Notes: generated by a model not told the origin, from the letters alone. Shown: positions 33,931 to 44,700, counted from the first letter of the stretch. The stretch is 64,000 nt of DNA from a virus (IMGVR_UViG_3300027807_000001:83285-147284), one strand, 5' to 3'. Numbers and translations are program-made.

Positions 33931-35889
33931 TTAGTTGCGTTCCGCGGCCAGATTAACCTCGTCAGTTACAAACCACGCAGCTTGCCCTGGTTCAAAAGAA
34001 ACTAATACACGCATCAAAGGCTCAGGCCCATGCTCTGGGCACATATAGAGATCCGGGCGGATCTCGAGAATCTTTCCTTTCTTTCCATGATATCGCTCAT
34101 CCACGTTGGGATTGTTTGACACTACTTCGACAGAATCATCCTCTTTAAGGCTCGCTCTCTTTTCTATAGCGGGCTCTAATTCGGGTTGTTCCATAACTGT
34201 ATCAAAAGGAACGTTATTCCCTTGCATAACGTCTTGGGGGCTTGTCCGAGAGCTCGGGAATGCATTCTGGCGATGTCGTTCAACCATCTTCATTGTTGTG
34301 AAGATACGGCTCTTAAGTTCTTTTAAGAAGTCTTCTTCTGAAGTCGTAGAGGGGAGATAATCTACGATCTCTAGCACAGCGTCTTCAGCTAGGCGGCTAA
34401 CCTCTTCTGTGTCAGGATTGAGTGTCACTTCCCCGCCTGGAAGATCCTCGTACGCCAAATTATTGGATAACTTATCAACTAACTGCTGTAACATCTGCGC
34501 AGCAGGCGCTCTATACTTCTCGACAAGCGCGCGTTGCTTATCAGTTAACGGCAGAGTAGCCAACTTCTTAATATCAGAAGGTCCCCCTACTAATGTAGGA
34601 AAGGATATATAGTCGAACTTGCCCGCTAGAGAGCTAGCCCATTCTGACGCCAACTGAGCCTTATCAGGCCCTACTAGCGCGCCCACCTGTTCCAGGGAAG
34701 GACCTGCCCAGGCTTGTGTCGGATAAGCGACCTTCTCAAGACCTGGCGGCTTTTCTAGGCCAAGGATTTTCTTAGCTTTATCTGCCCGCCCAGGGGTGAG
34801 CTTGCTAAGAAAATTATAAAACCATCCCGTGACGGCATCTGCTTTAACACCAAACTTGTCTGCTATATTTTTATACAAAGCCTCCGGTGTCGATCCTCCA
34901 TAGGCTTTGTATATCTTTTGAACATCCTCTAAAATTTTTTTGTCTGTAAGTCGTCGATTTTCTATAGTAACTGTGTTAGAGTCCGGTAGGTATCTAAACC
35001 AGAAGTTATCTGCGTCGCCACCACTGCGGTGTCCTTGGGCTGTTTGTGGAACGTTTTGGATTAATGTAGCAACCTCGTCGCCTCCAAGTTTTCTTACTTC
35101 ATCCATAGTTAAGGAAGCGAACATACCTTGGGGGTATGATTTGTATTTGCTTTCAGGAATCTGATTGAGAACGAAATTTCTAAGAAGTTCTCTAGTACGT
35201 ACCTGAGGAACAACTTCCTGTTTTACTTTTGCTTTTCGGCTACCCGCTAAATACTTTTCTGCTTCAGCGTTAATTTTACTACGCATTCCTTCAAAGCTTG
35301 CGCTCAAATTAACTCCAATCTCTGTATCTAATTGAGAATCGTAGCGATAACTAACGAGTGGAACTGCTTTGCCTGCATGATCTTTAGCGGCACCAGAGGA
35401 CCAGTATAGTCCTTCCGACTTTTCTTTTATCGCTTTAAAGACATGCGCAAAGATTGTAGGTAGCGACTGCTCGGCTAGACGTATGAGGGGCATGAGCTTT
35501 TCACCCCGAGCAGTGTATTGTTTGATAGCTCCCGCGATCGCAGCCATTATCCCTGTGATTTGTAATTCCAGAGATACAGTAGATCCATCTGCCGGATCTC
35601 CTTTGATTAGCTTTGCTCCTCCTGAAAAAGTTTTTGCGGTACCAGGAAATTCTCTGAAAACAATTCTGCCATCAAATGGCATGACCTCGCCAAAGTTGAT
35701 TGGAGCATCAATTGGGGCTATTACAGATACAGATGTTTGCGCATCAATACCGCTCCAAAAAGTTGTCGCGTCGATAATGGTTTCCTTCTCAGGTTGCAAT
35801 GTAGGTCCCTCTGCTACAGGTGGTTTCTCTGCAGGGACGTCCTCTAAGGGGGATTCCTCGGGCAGTAAAGGTTCTTCAGCTTCAGGCAT
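33931..35889 (-). CDS. 652-aa modular protein with C-terminal SH3/KOW-like barrel; putative virion protein
   Basis: EKVA and KRASL motifs; LKEDDSVEVV..GKKGKILEI. Confidence 0.6.
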   Translation of the reverse strand: MPEAEEPLLPEESPLEDVPAEKPPVAEGPTLQPEKETIIDATTFWSGIDAQTSVSVIAPIDAPINFGEVMPFDGRIVFREFPGTAKTFSGGAKLIKGDPADGSTVSLELQITGIMAAIAGAIKQYTARGEKLMPLIRLAEQSLPTIFAHVFKAIKEKSEGLYWSSGAAKDHAGKAVPLVSYRYDSQLDTEIGVNLSASFEGMRSKINAEAEKYLAGSRKAKVKQEVVPQVRTRELLRNFVLNQIPESKYKSYPQGMFASLTMDEVRKLGGDEVATLIQNVPQTAQGHRSGGDADNFWFRYLPDSNTVTIENRRLTDKKILEDVQKIYKAYGGSTPEALYKNIADKFGVKADAVTGWFYNFLSKLTPGRADKAKKILGLEKPPGLEKVAYPTQAWAGPSLEQVGALVGPDKAQLASEWASSLAGKFDYISFPTLVGGPSDIKKLATLPLTDKQRALVEKYRAPAAQMLQQLVDKLSNNLAYEDLPGGEVTLNPDTEEVSRLAEDAVLEIVDYLPSTTSEEDFLKELKSRIFTTMKMVERHRQNAFPSSRTSPQDVMQGNNVPFDTVMEQPELEPAIEKRASLKEDDSVEVVSNNPNVDERYHGKKGKILEIRPDLYMCPEHGPEPLMRVLVSFEPGQAAWFVTDEVNLAAERN

Positions 35890-36524
35890 TATCTTTCTCC
35901 AGCCTTAAAAATAGAAATTGAGGCCGTGCGACTTTGTAAATCTATTCTATCTGCTTTAATATGGACGTCTGTGGGTAATCTTTCTTCTAAGAATGTTACA
36001 ATTCTCGCTAGCGTCTGTACCTCGTCGAGGTCAGTAGAAATAGAGTCAGCCTCCCAACTACATTCAACTTTAATTTTATCGGGGGTTAGAGTAAATGTGG
36101 CAGATACAGGCGACAGTGCCCCTAATTTCATGGCGGGCATAGCTTCAAAGAATGCGGGTGATTGGACAGGCGCCACGTACGGGGTATTCTTGTATGACCA
36201 GTATCCTTCTCCCATAGTGCCAGGTTGATCTCCGGGCTTATTGGATCGTTCTCTCTCTTTACCTACCTTATTTTTATCCTCTTGAAGCTTCTTCTTTCGA
36301 TTCCAATCCTTGAAGCGATTCCAGAGTTCCTCTTGATTGACCGGCTGAGGAAAGCCGCTGAAGTTTTGACTGTCTCCAAGATAATCATGATAGGCTTGAG
36401 ATGGATCACCCCGGTGGGATTCTTCGCCGTAGTCATCTTTTTCGGATAACTGCTTCGTCATTATTTCGTCGGTTTCCCAGCTATCGTATGTTGCGGACTC
36501 TATATTTATATCGCTAGGGTTCAT
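35889..36524 (-). CDS. hypothetical protein
   Basis: 211-aa ORF in - strand operon. Confidence 0.6.
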   Translation of the reverse strand: MNPSDINIESATYDSWETDEIMTKQLSEKDDYGEESHRGDPSQAYHDYLGDSQNFSGFPQPVNQEELWNRFKDWNRKKKLQEDKNKVGKERERSNKPGDQPGTMGEGYWSYKNTPYVAPVQSPAFFEAMPAMKLGALSPVSATFTLTPDKIKVECSWEADSISTDLDEVQTLARIVTFLEERLPTDVHIKADRIDLQSRTASISIFKAGER

Positions 36525-37453
36525 ACTTCTCCTTTAGTTATATGAGGGCATACTCCACCGTTCATCCGTTTGCCGTGGTTACAATTTGCACAAAGTAGCT
36601 GAAAACGTGTTTGGTCCGGATTCTTGAGTATGTACCGCGCGCTATTTGAGCCGCAGCTTCTATTTACTTCTAAGTGTCCATCGTTATTGATGTGATCGAA
36701 ATTTAGGAATAGTAGCTCCTCTACAGAACATCCGGGGCAGTTGCATACATTACCCAAAACCCTCTTGGCCCGAACTACAATTTCCTGACCAATGGCGCTT
36801 TGAATTCTTACACACTCTCGACACTTTCCTTTTGGAGTTCGACCAACAATTGAGAAAATATGGCCATGAACACAATGCTGGGTTGTAGGACGGTTACCTC
36901 TTTTTCTTGGAAGACGTTTGACCGCTTGTGTAGAAGAAGAGCTAATGTGAGGACAGATCCCATTATTCATCCTTTTCCCGTGATTACAATTCGAGCAAAG
37001 TAACTGCAGTTTTGTTTGCCCTGGATTATTTATGACAAAGCGAGCGGAAACGTTAGCGCTTTTGTAATTTTCCATAAATCCATCATTATCCACATGGTCA
37101 AATTCCAAAAACTGAGATTCTTTTTCGTCACACCCAGGGCAGTTACATCTACTACCAAGAAGACTTTTTGCCAAAGCGATACGTTTTCGATTAAAGAGCT
37201 TGGTTTCTATTGCTTTACAAGCAACGCACTGTCCTAAAAGAGTGCGACCGCGTACTGAAAGAAGGTGCCCGTGACTACAAACAAGCTTTTTAACTACACC
37301 TTTCTTAGGATGAATTTTACCTCTCGTAGTAACACGCTGTCTTTGACACTCATTACATCCATTACTCTTACTCCGACCAACAATAAAGGTATCATGCCCT
37401 TTGGGACAAAATTGCTTTTTTAGGTAATCCCAGTTCCTTTCTCTTGTACCCAT
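36521..37453 (-). CDS. tandem double-HNH endonuclease
   Basis: two copies of LGxxCNCPGC..L[EN]FDH[VI]xNDG..LQLLCxNCNHGKRMNxGxCPH, plus CxxGH motifs. Confidence 0.75.
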   Translation of the reverse strand: MGTRERNWDYLKKQFCPKGHDTFIVGRSKSNGCNECQRQRVTTRGKIHPKKGVVKKLVCSHGHLLSVRGRTLLGQCVACKAIETKLFNRKRIALAKSLLGSRCNCPGCDEKESQFLEFDHVDNDGFMENYKSANVSARFVINNPGQTKLQLLCSNCNHGKRMNNGICPHISSSSTQAVKRLPRKRGNRPTTQHCVHGHIFSIVGRTPKGKCRECVRIQSAIGQEIVVRAKRVLGNVCNCPGCSVEELLFLNFDHINNDGHLEVNRSCGSNSARYILKNPDQTRFQLLCANCNHGKRMNGGVCPHITKGEV

Positions 37454-37457
37454 AAAT

Positions 37458-37631
37458 TTAACCTATCCATACATAGTCGTGTTCATGGCCCCATATCACT
37501 TTACGTCCAGGAATTATCGCGTCGTCAAGGGGGTTCCAAGCGCTAATATCCCTTCCGAAGTCATCAGCACAAACCTTCTTATTGCACTTTTGACAGTACC
37601 ACTCTGGATTAATTAGACAGCAAAGCTTCAT
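37458..37631 (-). CDS. LCC/B-box-like micro-protein (not in ORF track)
   Basis: MKLCCLINPEWYCQKCNKKVCADD. Confidence 0.65.
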   Translation of the reverse strand: MKLCCLINPEWYCQKCNKKVCADDFGRDISAWNPLDDAIIPGRKVIWGHEHDYVWIG

Positions 37632-40600
37632 TTAAAGGTCCTCTCCAAATTCATCTTTGGGCGCGCCATATTCCTTTCGGCGCCTTGCTATCTCCTCTTC
37701 GACGGCTTTACGCTGTTCTTCGGTAAATTCACTGCTGCCGGAATAAGGAGCTTTTTCTTGGGCAGGGGCAACGACCTGGGGAACTGCACGAGGTCCTCTT
37801 ACACCTGGGCTCTTCCAGCGGTCGTAGAAGTACTGCTTCTTTAAGTTTGCATCGGGAGTGTCTGGAATTGGAGGCACCCCATATTGGTTACGGAAATCCG
37901 CTAATTCTTTCTTAAGAAGAATATATTGTTTTTTATCTTCTATGGAGTCACTTTCTTTTAACTTATCCATAGATTTGAGTCTTTCTAGAAGATCTTTTCG
38001 TGCTTTGTCATATTTTTCTTTTGCTGTCTCTAGTTGCTCGCCACGATTTATGTATTTTAATTTTCCGTTCGACAAAGAAATTCCCGCGGCGCGAAGTCGC
38101 TCTAAAGTAGATCCTGCCTTCTTTTCGTGATCTACTGCACGTAAAAGAAGCTCTTTTCCTTCCGGAGGAAGCTGATTATTAAGCTTCTTTAAGAAGTCAT
38201 TGGTAACCTCAACTTTCTTTTTCTCTGCTTCAGAAATAAGATCAGACCATGGAGAATGAAATTTGCTTACGTCCATAGGAGTCAATCTTTTGCCCCGGCT
38301 GTACTCAGGCAGGGCGGATGAATTCCCCATCAATATCCATGCTGCTGGAGTTACTCGGTACTTCTCTCCATCTATATCCGCATAAGGTTCTATTGTTCCC
38401 GACAATTTAAACCACTGATCTTCTAACTTTTTATATTGGGTAATTGAATCGTTTAGCTCTTTGACGCCCGGGGCAATAGGATTTCCTTCTGAATCCACCT
38501 CAACCTGTAGACGTTTGTAGAAGGGGAGTAGCTTTTGGGCTGCCTTCTGGCTCTCCTCCTGCTCTTCAGAAAAGCGTTTGCGTAAAGGCTCCGTAAATTT
38601 CCAAGCCATCTCCTCTCTACTTTTCTCCAAATCAGCTAATCCTTCTACTGCCGTTTTAGGAAGTTCTTTGAATCCTTGTATATCTTTGTCATATGTTTTG
38701 AGATAAGCCTGGTAAGTCTGCCACGTGTTACCACCACTTCCATACTCTTTTTTAAAAGCATCATCGTGTTTGATGGCATCTGCTAAAGAACTACGCCACA
38801 TTGCATTGCGCTCTAGCAGCTGAAGCTGCGCAACGCGGAACTCTAGATCTCCTTTAACAGCAGCCGACGCTCTGTCTAGATTTTTTTGGGCAGCATCTAT
38901 TCTTTCTTTAAATGCGCTCAGGGCTTTCTCAATAGATTCCCACTGTTCATCCGATACATTTGAAGGTCGCTGCTTATTGATTTCGTATTTTTCTTTAGCC
39001 TCATCTATCCATGCTCTTAAGGTGGCTATCTGTTTTGTGGCGTCTGGCAACTTTTGTGCAATTTTTTCTAAATCACGAAGAGCCTCTCTACCTTCCTCCA
39101 TAGAAGGGTACTCGCTCATTCTTTCTTTGATCTCGTTATCAAGTTCCGCCTGCACCGTCTTCCACTCGTTAAAAGAACTGATACCGTAGCGGCGTCCATG
39201 CTCTCCGAGCACCTCTCTACGAATTTCGGGGTACTTGTCCCATACAGTAAAAGCGTCCTGAGCTGTCTTGGCCAGCTCTTCTATCTTACGTGTTTGTTCT
39301 TCAGGATTTAGCTGATCTAGTACCGCAAATGCGGGACCTTCTTTTGCCATCGCTAAATACTTTTCGATGGCAGCTTTAGCGGCCGGATCTTTTTCTTTTT
39401 TGATGTGCTGCTTTAAAATGTCGAAGCGTTTATGATGTGTTAGCCATTCAATCGCTTGCTTCCGTACTTCTTCATTGGAGTTAGCGAGTGCCTCAGTCAT
39501 GAACTCGGTATCTCCTAGATCGCCGAGATTAAGAACAATGTTGCGCTGTAATACAGGCCGTTTATGCGTTGCTCTATAGATGTCCTTGAGTTGGTTTGTA
39601 TACCCAAGATCAATCAAATACTTGATGGCCAAAGGGTGCCATGGTGTATAGAGTGCGCGGCCTAAGGCCTGGGCGTCTTTTAAATCAAAGAGGGAGCGAA
39701 GCGCTTCTTCTTGGATCCCAGTAGCGGCGGGAAGTTTAAGAAGCTGTTCAATGACCTCAGATAACTGATTAGCGGTAGCGACAGAAAGAATTTTTTGAAG
39801 CCCCTTCTTTTCATTTTTAAATTCGCGTATAGCGTGCTGCAGCCCCTCAACATCCTTGGAAGCTCCTAAAAATTCTATGGCTTTAAATGCTTCAGCATCC
39901 TCTCCACTGAGCATCTTGAGTGCTTCTTCTCTAGAAGAAGGATCTGCAGCCGCTTCCTTGTGCACCATTTGCTTAGGATCGCCGAGCTCTTCTACATCCT
40001 GCTCTTCTTTATCTTTAAAAATAATCTTATAGATGGTGTTGAGGAGAGAGCGCCATTTTCCTTCGGGGCGCCCGTAAAATTGACGCACGTCTTTAAGTAA
40101 AAGATTGTCGTCGCGATCACCCAGAGGAACTGCAGAGCTATACCCTACTTGTGGATTGGACAGTGGCCAGGTAGTTGGAGGTTGGCGCGATTCAAGTTCG
40201 ATACTGCCCAAAGGCAGAGCGCCTTCTTTCTCAAAAGAGGTTTCATCGATATCTTCTTCTTTTTCAGGAAGGGGAAGACTATTCTTGGTAGTTTTTTGCG
40301 TGGCATATTGGGCATACCATCGAATATCTTTAACCAATAAGGATAATAATTCCTCTTTATTCTTAACAGATAACGATTCGAATGTCGTCTGGTACTTAAG
40401 CTGAGACGCCCAGTTGAGAAATTCCGTTAGTTTACTAACCTCCTTAAGATCCGCATGAGTAGAAACTAGTGTCTCCTGAAGTTTAGTGATTCTAACTTCT
40501 TTTTCTTCTACGTCCTTAAGATTCTGACGAACTTCCACAATCTTCTTCTTAAGGGAATCAATTTCTTCTTTAAAGTCGACGGCATCGCGAGCCTGAGTCG

Positions 40601-43600
40601 CCAAAGTGAGCTGCCCTTCAGCATTTTCCAAATTATCTTGGTTGAGAGCCACCTTGGCATGAAAGATATAATCTTTCGCAGAGGGCTGCATTACTTTGGT
40701 TTCTGGTTTCTCTTTCTTGAGCTCTATTTCGCGAGGCAGCCCAAAATGTGCGCGCATTTTGGCCCGAACTCGTGGATCTGCGTCTTGTAATCCAATAATA
40801 ATAAGTTTACGTACGCCAGGAAGAACTTCCTCAGAAAAGGTATATTTGCCTGGCGTGATAATTTTTAGATTATTATCAAGTACCGGAGCTGTTTCTTCTA
40901 CGACAAGTTTCTTGGGTAGCTTATCTACAATTTCATATACGATATCGCGCAATTCTGAGTAAGGCTCATTCGCAAGTTGCACTAGCATCCATTCTGGGAT
41001 ATCTTCTGCAGGTTGATCCCTTCTCCCTTTCGCCTTCTGGGGATTGAATACGAACTCTCCTTTATTGGTCCATGGAAGAAAATCGACGGATGGGTTAATC
41101 ATTAGCGTATAAGCTAATGCGCGTATATCCGCGTCTGCGTCCTCTGCGGCCTCTGTTAGTAGATTCTTTGTTGCTTTGAAGCGACCTGAAGAGCTATATC
41201 CCCTACTCTCTTTGCCAACACCGTAGGCGAGTACAAGGGTGTTCAGCGCTTCCTTTCTCAGAGAAGCAGGTAGATCCTTTGTCTTCCATACAGCAAATAA
41301 CCCTTCTTCTCCTGAAGTACCTGCAGTCTCAAGGCGACGAACTGCAGCGCTCTGCACTGCGTAAGGTTCTTGTTTAAACTTGTCAGAAAGAATATACTCC
41401 TGAACTCTTTCGACATCAGCGTCGCGTAATACTTTACGTTTTGCCTCGATGCTTCCTCCTGTAGGAAACATTTCATTCCCATCTAAAACCAAATTAGCTT
41501 GGGCGGCGTAGTCGCTGCTCGCAGGTTTTGATAGCTTGCCTGCTAGTATATTCACCTGCTCTTTAAGTTTTGCGACATCTTGATTAGACCAGCTTGCAGG
41601 AAGAAGCTTATATTTTGCTATCGCCTCAGATAGTTCTTTAAAACGACGTTCTCGAAGGAGTGTCTTATAGAGACCAGATACGATTGCTTTATGTAGCGCT
41701 GGATTTTCTTTTCCAGAACTCTGCAGGTCTTTAAACGCTTGATCCCAATCTTCTGAGATAGCGCTTTGAAGCAGCCTAGACTCCCAGGAAAGACGTGTTT
41801 TAACATCGGTGTCAGGTTGATTTCTACGAAAGAGTTTTGAAATTTCAACTGCTTTAGCGGTGATCCGGCCGGATAGCCAATCAGCTAACCCTTTTCTCTC
41901 CTGGCCTTTTTTGACCGCAGTAGATAAGAAGTCGCTTGCGTCAAAATACCCCACGACAGTTCCGGGTATACAATTGGGACCTTTCACGTAGCGAACCTGG
42001 TATACAACCTCAGATGAAGTTGTCAACGGCTTAAAAGGCTTATCGTTGGCTCCTCGATTACTTTTCCCAACGCCTGGAAGAAAGAAAATAGGAGCCCTAT
42101 CGCCTTCCTGGGGGATAGGGATGGTGGGCGTCTTACCTTCCTGCATCTTTTCTGCAGGCGACTTATTAACCGGATGCACTTTAGCTTGTTCGGGATCTAC
42201 GCCTTTAAGTCTGTCTGTGCTGGATGGCTTATTTCCGATACGAGTAGCCTCATACTCCCCCGAAATATTTTCTGGAGTATCTATTGTTAGAGTCAGGGAG
42301 GGGATATAAAAACGGGCAGCAATGTCCGGATCCATATCCAGAATAGCTTGCTTGGTCATACCTTCAGTGCGACCAACTTGCTCGGCTTCATCCTTTGACA
42401 GGGGCTTTTTCATCTTCTTAAGCATATGAAGAAGGCGATTAGGATTAATTTTATCCCACAGACGTGTATACGCTTTTGATGCGTCAGATCCTTCAACACT
42501 TTCGTCGTCTGCGGGCGGATATAACGTTTCTACAGGATACTTGTAATCACCTGTTCCACCTCCATCGTTGTGTTGATCCCAGAAAGGTTGCATGGGGAGA
42601 GTAGGCATGAAAGCTGCGGTGAGTTCCGCGGCTCCTAAAGGGGTGTTATTAATTTTACTCTTCTTTGTAAGCGCGAAAAGTTTGTTGAGAAGATACTTAG
42701 CCTTCTCTGGGTCTGTCTTTTCAACTTCGCCTATCTGTCGAATAAACTCTTCTTTTTCTTTTTCTGATAAAGGTTTTGTGACAGGAATCTTGGTTAAAGG
42801 AAGAGCAGGAGCTAGATTATCCTCTTTGGCAATGATAGGGGGTCTAGAATCGTCTCCAGGGATGGTAGGAGTCAAGGCTACTTCGTAAGTGACACCCCAT
42901 ACATTATCACTAGAAACGGCTACTACAGTACCTGTTCCTGCTGTCTTTAATTCATTAACAAATGTTCGGTCGTATTCATTCTGCTCTTTTGAAACTCCGG
43001 GTGGAGGAGTAGCTGGAACTGTTGGTAAGTTAATGAATGTAACTTTATCGCCTGGTTTGAATTTCGCAGCCTCTTTTTTAATGGCGCCACCGAGTTGTTT
43101 TTGTAAATCCTGATGCATCCGTCTGATTTGCGTCGCAGTCGCGCCTTCACGAGATACACTATTAAGTAAGTTAAAGACTCTTACGTTCTTTTGTCGGGAA
43201 GGGTTATCCGCCAAATACTTCCCTAGTTTCGCTAAGCTGCCCTGGACACTATCGCTGTCCCATCTCATCTCTTCACGCAGCTTTTCCCAGGCTTCATCTT
43301 TACCGATGCGCTGAATTTCTTTAAAAGAAAGAATCTTTGCTTCTTCGTTAATTGAAGAAGTTAATTGACTAAGGGGAGCAGAATCGTCGGTTAATTGAAT
43401 AATTTCAGGACTGGAGATGACGGCAGATAACTTAGTTCCTATTTTAATAACTTTATCATTTGCCACTGAGAATACATCTTGCATAGAATACTGCAGAGAG
43501 GAGTGAGCTACCCTGACTTTCTTAAATTTCTGAGGATTGACCCAGACGATACCAGTGTTGTCTGCCACGAAACCTGTGGGCACCTTGCCCGCATACCTAT

Positions 43601-44021
43601 AGTTTCCATCTTCATCAGAATATGCCGTAAGATAAAATTGATTATTTTCAATAGCAATAATTGCTAATGTTTTAATACCTTTCTTTTGCATATCAGGTTG
43701 CCCTGGTACTACATCTAATGAAAAGATGTACTTATTCCGATCAAAATCAAGCCCAAACTGATTTTGTTCACGATCTCTTTCAATATTTAAAAGATTCCCG
43801 CCGCGAACAATGGTTTGTAACTTCTTTATAGTCTTGGGGGCGGTATTAAATAATTTCTGGATGTTTTCTGCAGCAATGTCTCTAAACTTATTTTCATTGC
43901 TAATAAAACCGTTAATGTCAAGGCAGCTCTGCAGAGCAGTAGCGACATCCGAGGGAAAATCCCCGATGCAAAAAGTTACTTCACGCTTCTCGAGATTAAA
44001 GTTCATTGAGGTATAAGCCAC
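37632..44021 (-). CDS. 2129-aa modular protein, putative virion protein
   Basis: KKEAAKFKPGDKV SH3-like module, HEAT-like segments (DADPRVR, NSNEEVRKQA), coiled coils. Confidence 0.65.
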   Translation of the reverse strand: MAYTSMNFNLEKREVTFCIGDFPSDVATALQSCLDINGFISNENKFRDIAAENIQKLFNTAPKTIKKLQTIVRGGNLLNIERDREQNQFGLDFDRNKYIFSLDVVPGQPDMQKKGIKTLAIIAIENNQFYLTAYSDEDGNYRYAGKVPTGFVADNTGIVWVNPQKFKKVRVAHSSLQYSMQDVFSVANDKVIKIGTKLSAVISSPEIIQLTDDSAPLSQLTSSINEEAKILSFKEIQRIGKDEAWEKLREEMRWDSDSVQGSLAKLGKYLADNPSRQKNVRVFNLLNSVSREGATATQIRRMHQDLQKQLGGAIKKEAAKFKPGDKVTFINLPTVPATPPPGVSKEQNEYDRTFVNELKTAGTGTVVAVSSDNVWGVTYEVALTPTIPGDDSRPPIIAKEDNLAPALPLTKIPVTKPLSEKEKEEFIRQIGEVEKTDPEKAKYLLNKLFALTKKSKINNTPLGAAELTAAFMPTLPMQPFWDQHNDGGGTGDYKYPVETLYPPADDESVEGSDASKAYTRLWDKINPNRLLHMLKKMKKPLSKDEAEQVGRTEGMTKQAILDMDPDIAARFYIPSLTLTIDTPENISGEYEATRIGNKPSSTDRLKGVDPEQAKVHPVNKSPAEKMQEGKTPTIPIPQEGDRAPIFFLPGVGKSNRGANDKPFKPLTTSSEVVYQVRYVKGPNCIPGTVVGYFDASDFLSTAVKKGQERKGLADWLSGRITAKAVEISKLFRRNQPDTDVKTRLSWESRLLQSAISEDWDQAFKDLQSSGKENPALHKAIVSGLYKTLLRERRFKELSEAIAKYKLLPASWSNQDVAKLKEQVNILAGKLSKPASSDYAAQANLVLDGNEMFPTGGSIEAKRKVLRDADVERVQEYILSDKFKQEPYAVQSAAVRRLETAGTSGEEGLFAVWKTKDLPASLRKEALNTLVLAYGVGKESRGYSSSGRFKATKNLLTEAAEDADADIRALAYTLMINPSVDFLPWTNKGEFVFNPQKAKGRRDQPAEDIPEWMLVQLANEPYSELRDIVYEIVDKLPKKLVVEETAPVLDNNLKIITPGKYTFSEEVLPGVRKLIIIGLQDADPRVRAKMRAHFGLPREIELKKEKPETKVMQPSAKDYIFHAKVALNQDNLENAEGQLTLATQARDAVDFKEEIDSLKKKIVEVRQNLKDVEEKEVRITKLQETLVSTHADLKEVSKLTEFLNWASQLKYQTTFESLSVKNKEELLSLLVKDIRWYAQYATQKTTKNSLPLPEKEEDIDETSFEKEGALPLGSIELESRQPPTTWPLSNPQVGYSSAVPLGDRDDNLLLKDVRQFYGRPEGKWRSLLNTIYKIIFKDKEEQDVEELGDPKQMVHKEAAADPSSREEALKMLSGEDAEAFKAIEFLGASKDVEGLQHAIREFKNEKKGLQKILSVATANQLSEVIEQLLKLPAATGIQEEALRSLFDLKDAQALGRALYTPWHPLAIKYLIDLGYTNQLKDIYRATHKRPVLQRNIVLNLGDLGDTEFMTEALANSNEEVRKQAIEWLTHHKRFDILKQHIKKEKDPAAKAAIEKYLAMAKEGPAFAVLDQLNPEEQTRKIEELAKTAQDAFTVWDKYPEIRREVLGEHGRRYGISSFNEWKTVQAELDNEIKERMSEYPSMEEGREALRDLEKIAQKLPDATKQIATLRAWIDEAKEKYEINKQRPSNVSDEQWESIEKALSAFKERIDAAQKNLDRASAAVKGDLEFRVAQLQLLERNAMWRSSLADAIKHDDAFKKEYGSGGNTWQTYQAYLKTYDKDIQGFKELPKTAVEGLADLEKSREEMAWKFTEPLRKRFSEEQEESQKAAQKLLPFYKRLQVEVDSEGNPIAPGVKELNDSITQYKKLEDQWFKLSGTIEPYADIDGEKYRVTPAAWILMGNSSALPEYSRGKRLTPMDVSKFHSPWSDLISEAEKKKVEVTNDFLKKLNNQLPPEGKELLLRAVDHEKKAGSTLERLRAAGISLSNGKLKYINRGEQLETAKEKYDKARKDLLERLKSMDKLKESDSIEDKKQYILLKKELADFRNQYGVPPIPDTPDANLKKQYFYDRWKSPGVRGPRAVPQVVAPAQEKAPYSGSSEFTEEQRKAVEEEIARRRKEYGAPKDEFGEDL

Positions 44022-44700
44022 GAGCTTCTAATTTGATGAAGTCGCCTGCCAAGATAAGCCCCAGGGTTGGATTGTCAATGTAAGAGGTACTTATGCCTAT
44101 AACGCGGCCATCATCTGTAATAACAGGTCCGCCGCTGTTGCCGTTGTTGAGGGGGCAGCTAACTTGGATTAAATGAAGGTAAGGTTGGTCATACCAACGA
44201 TCAGCGCTTACGATACCATCTGCAGCACTCCAAAAAAGAAAATGTGGGTGACCCAGTGCAGTCACGTGTGTGCCCGCCGGCGGTGCATTCACAGCAATTT
44301 GTAACGCAGGTATCTTAGGCATCTTTTCGATGTACAGAACTGCTACATCTATAATTTTATTATATCTAACAACCTTGGCGTGATATACCGAATCATTCTG
44401 CCAAAATTTAACTTTAAGATTCTTCTGTTTTTTCCCTAGACAGTTGGTTAGCCCATGTGCTACTGTAGTCACATACCCCTTATTGGAGGAGACAAACCCT
44501 GAAGTTAAAATTAATCCATCCTTATAGGGGCACCCTATGGCTACTACACTCTCGTTCGTTTGCTCTATAACCTCTGGAAGAGGAGTTGGCCTTATTGCAA
44601 TACTATAGAATTGCGTGAACGTCAAAAGGAGCGTTAGCGCGTAGATTCCGTTGCGCACGGGAACTTCAAAGAATTTCTGCAAGATGTACTCCATTGACAT
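43996..44700 (-). CDS. trypsin-like (S1, HtrA-type catalytic domain) serine protease with N-terminal hydrophobic segment
   Basis: TVAHG, DVAVL, GNSGGP catalytic triad. Confidence 0.88.
   Translation of the reverse strand: MSMEYILQKFFEVPVRNGIYALTLLLTFTQFYSIAIRPTPLPEVIEQTNESVVAIGCPYKDGLILTSGFVSSNKGYVTTVAHGLTNCLGKKQKNLKVKFWQNDSVYHAKVVRYNKIIDVAVLYIEKMPKIPALQIAVNAPPAGTHVTALGHPHFLFWSAADGIVSADRWYDQPYLHLIQVSCPLNNGNSGGPVITDDGRVIGISTSYIDNPTLGLILAGDFIKLEARGLYLNEL

Noticed and set aside
7341-37631. Diversity-generating retroelement as source of the LCC paralogs
   Set aside because: No reverse transcriptase or template/variable repeat pair in the window; the differences are not adenine-specific.
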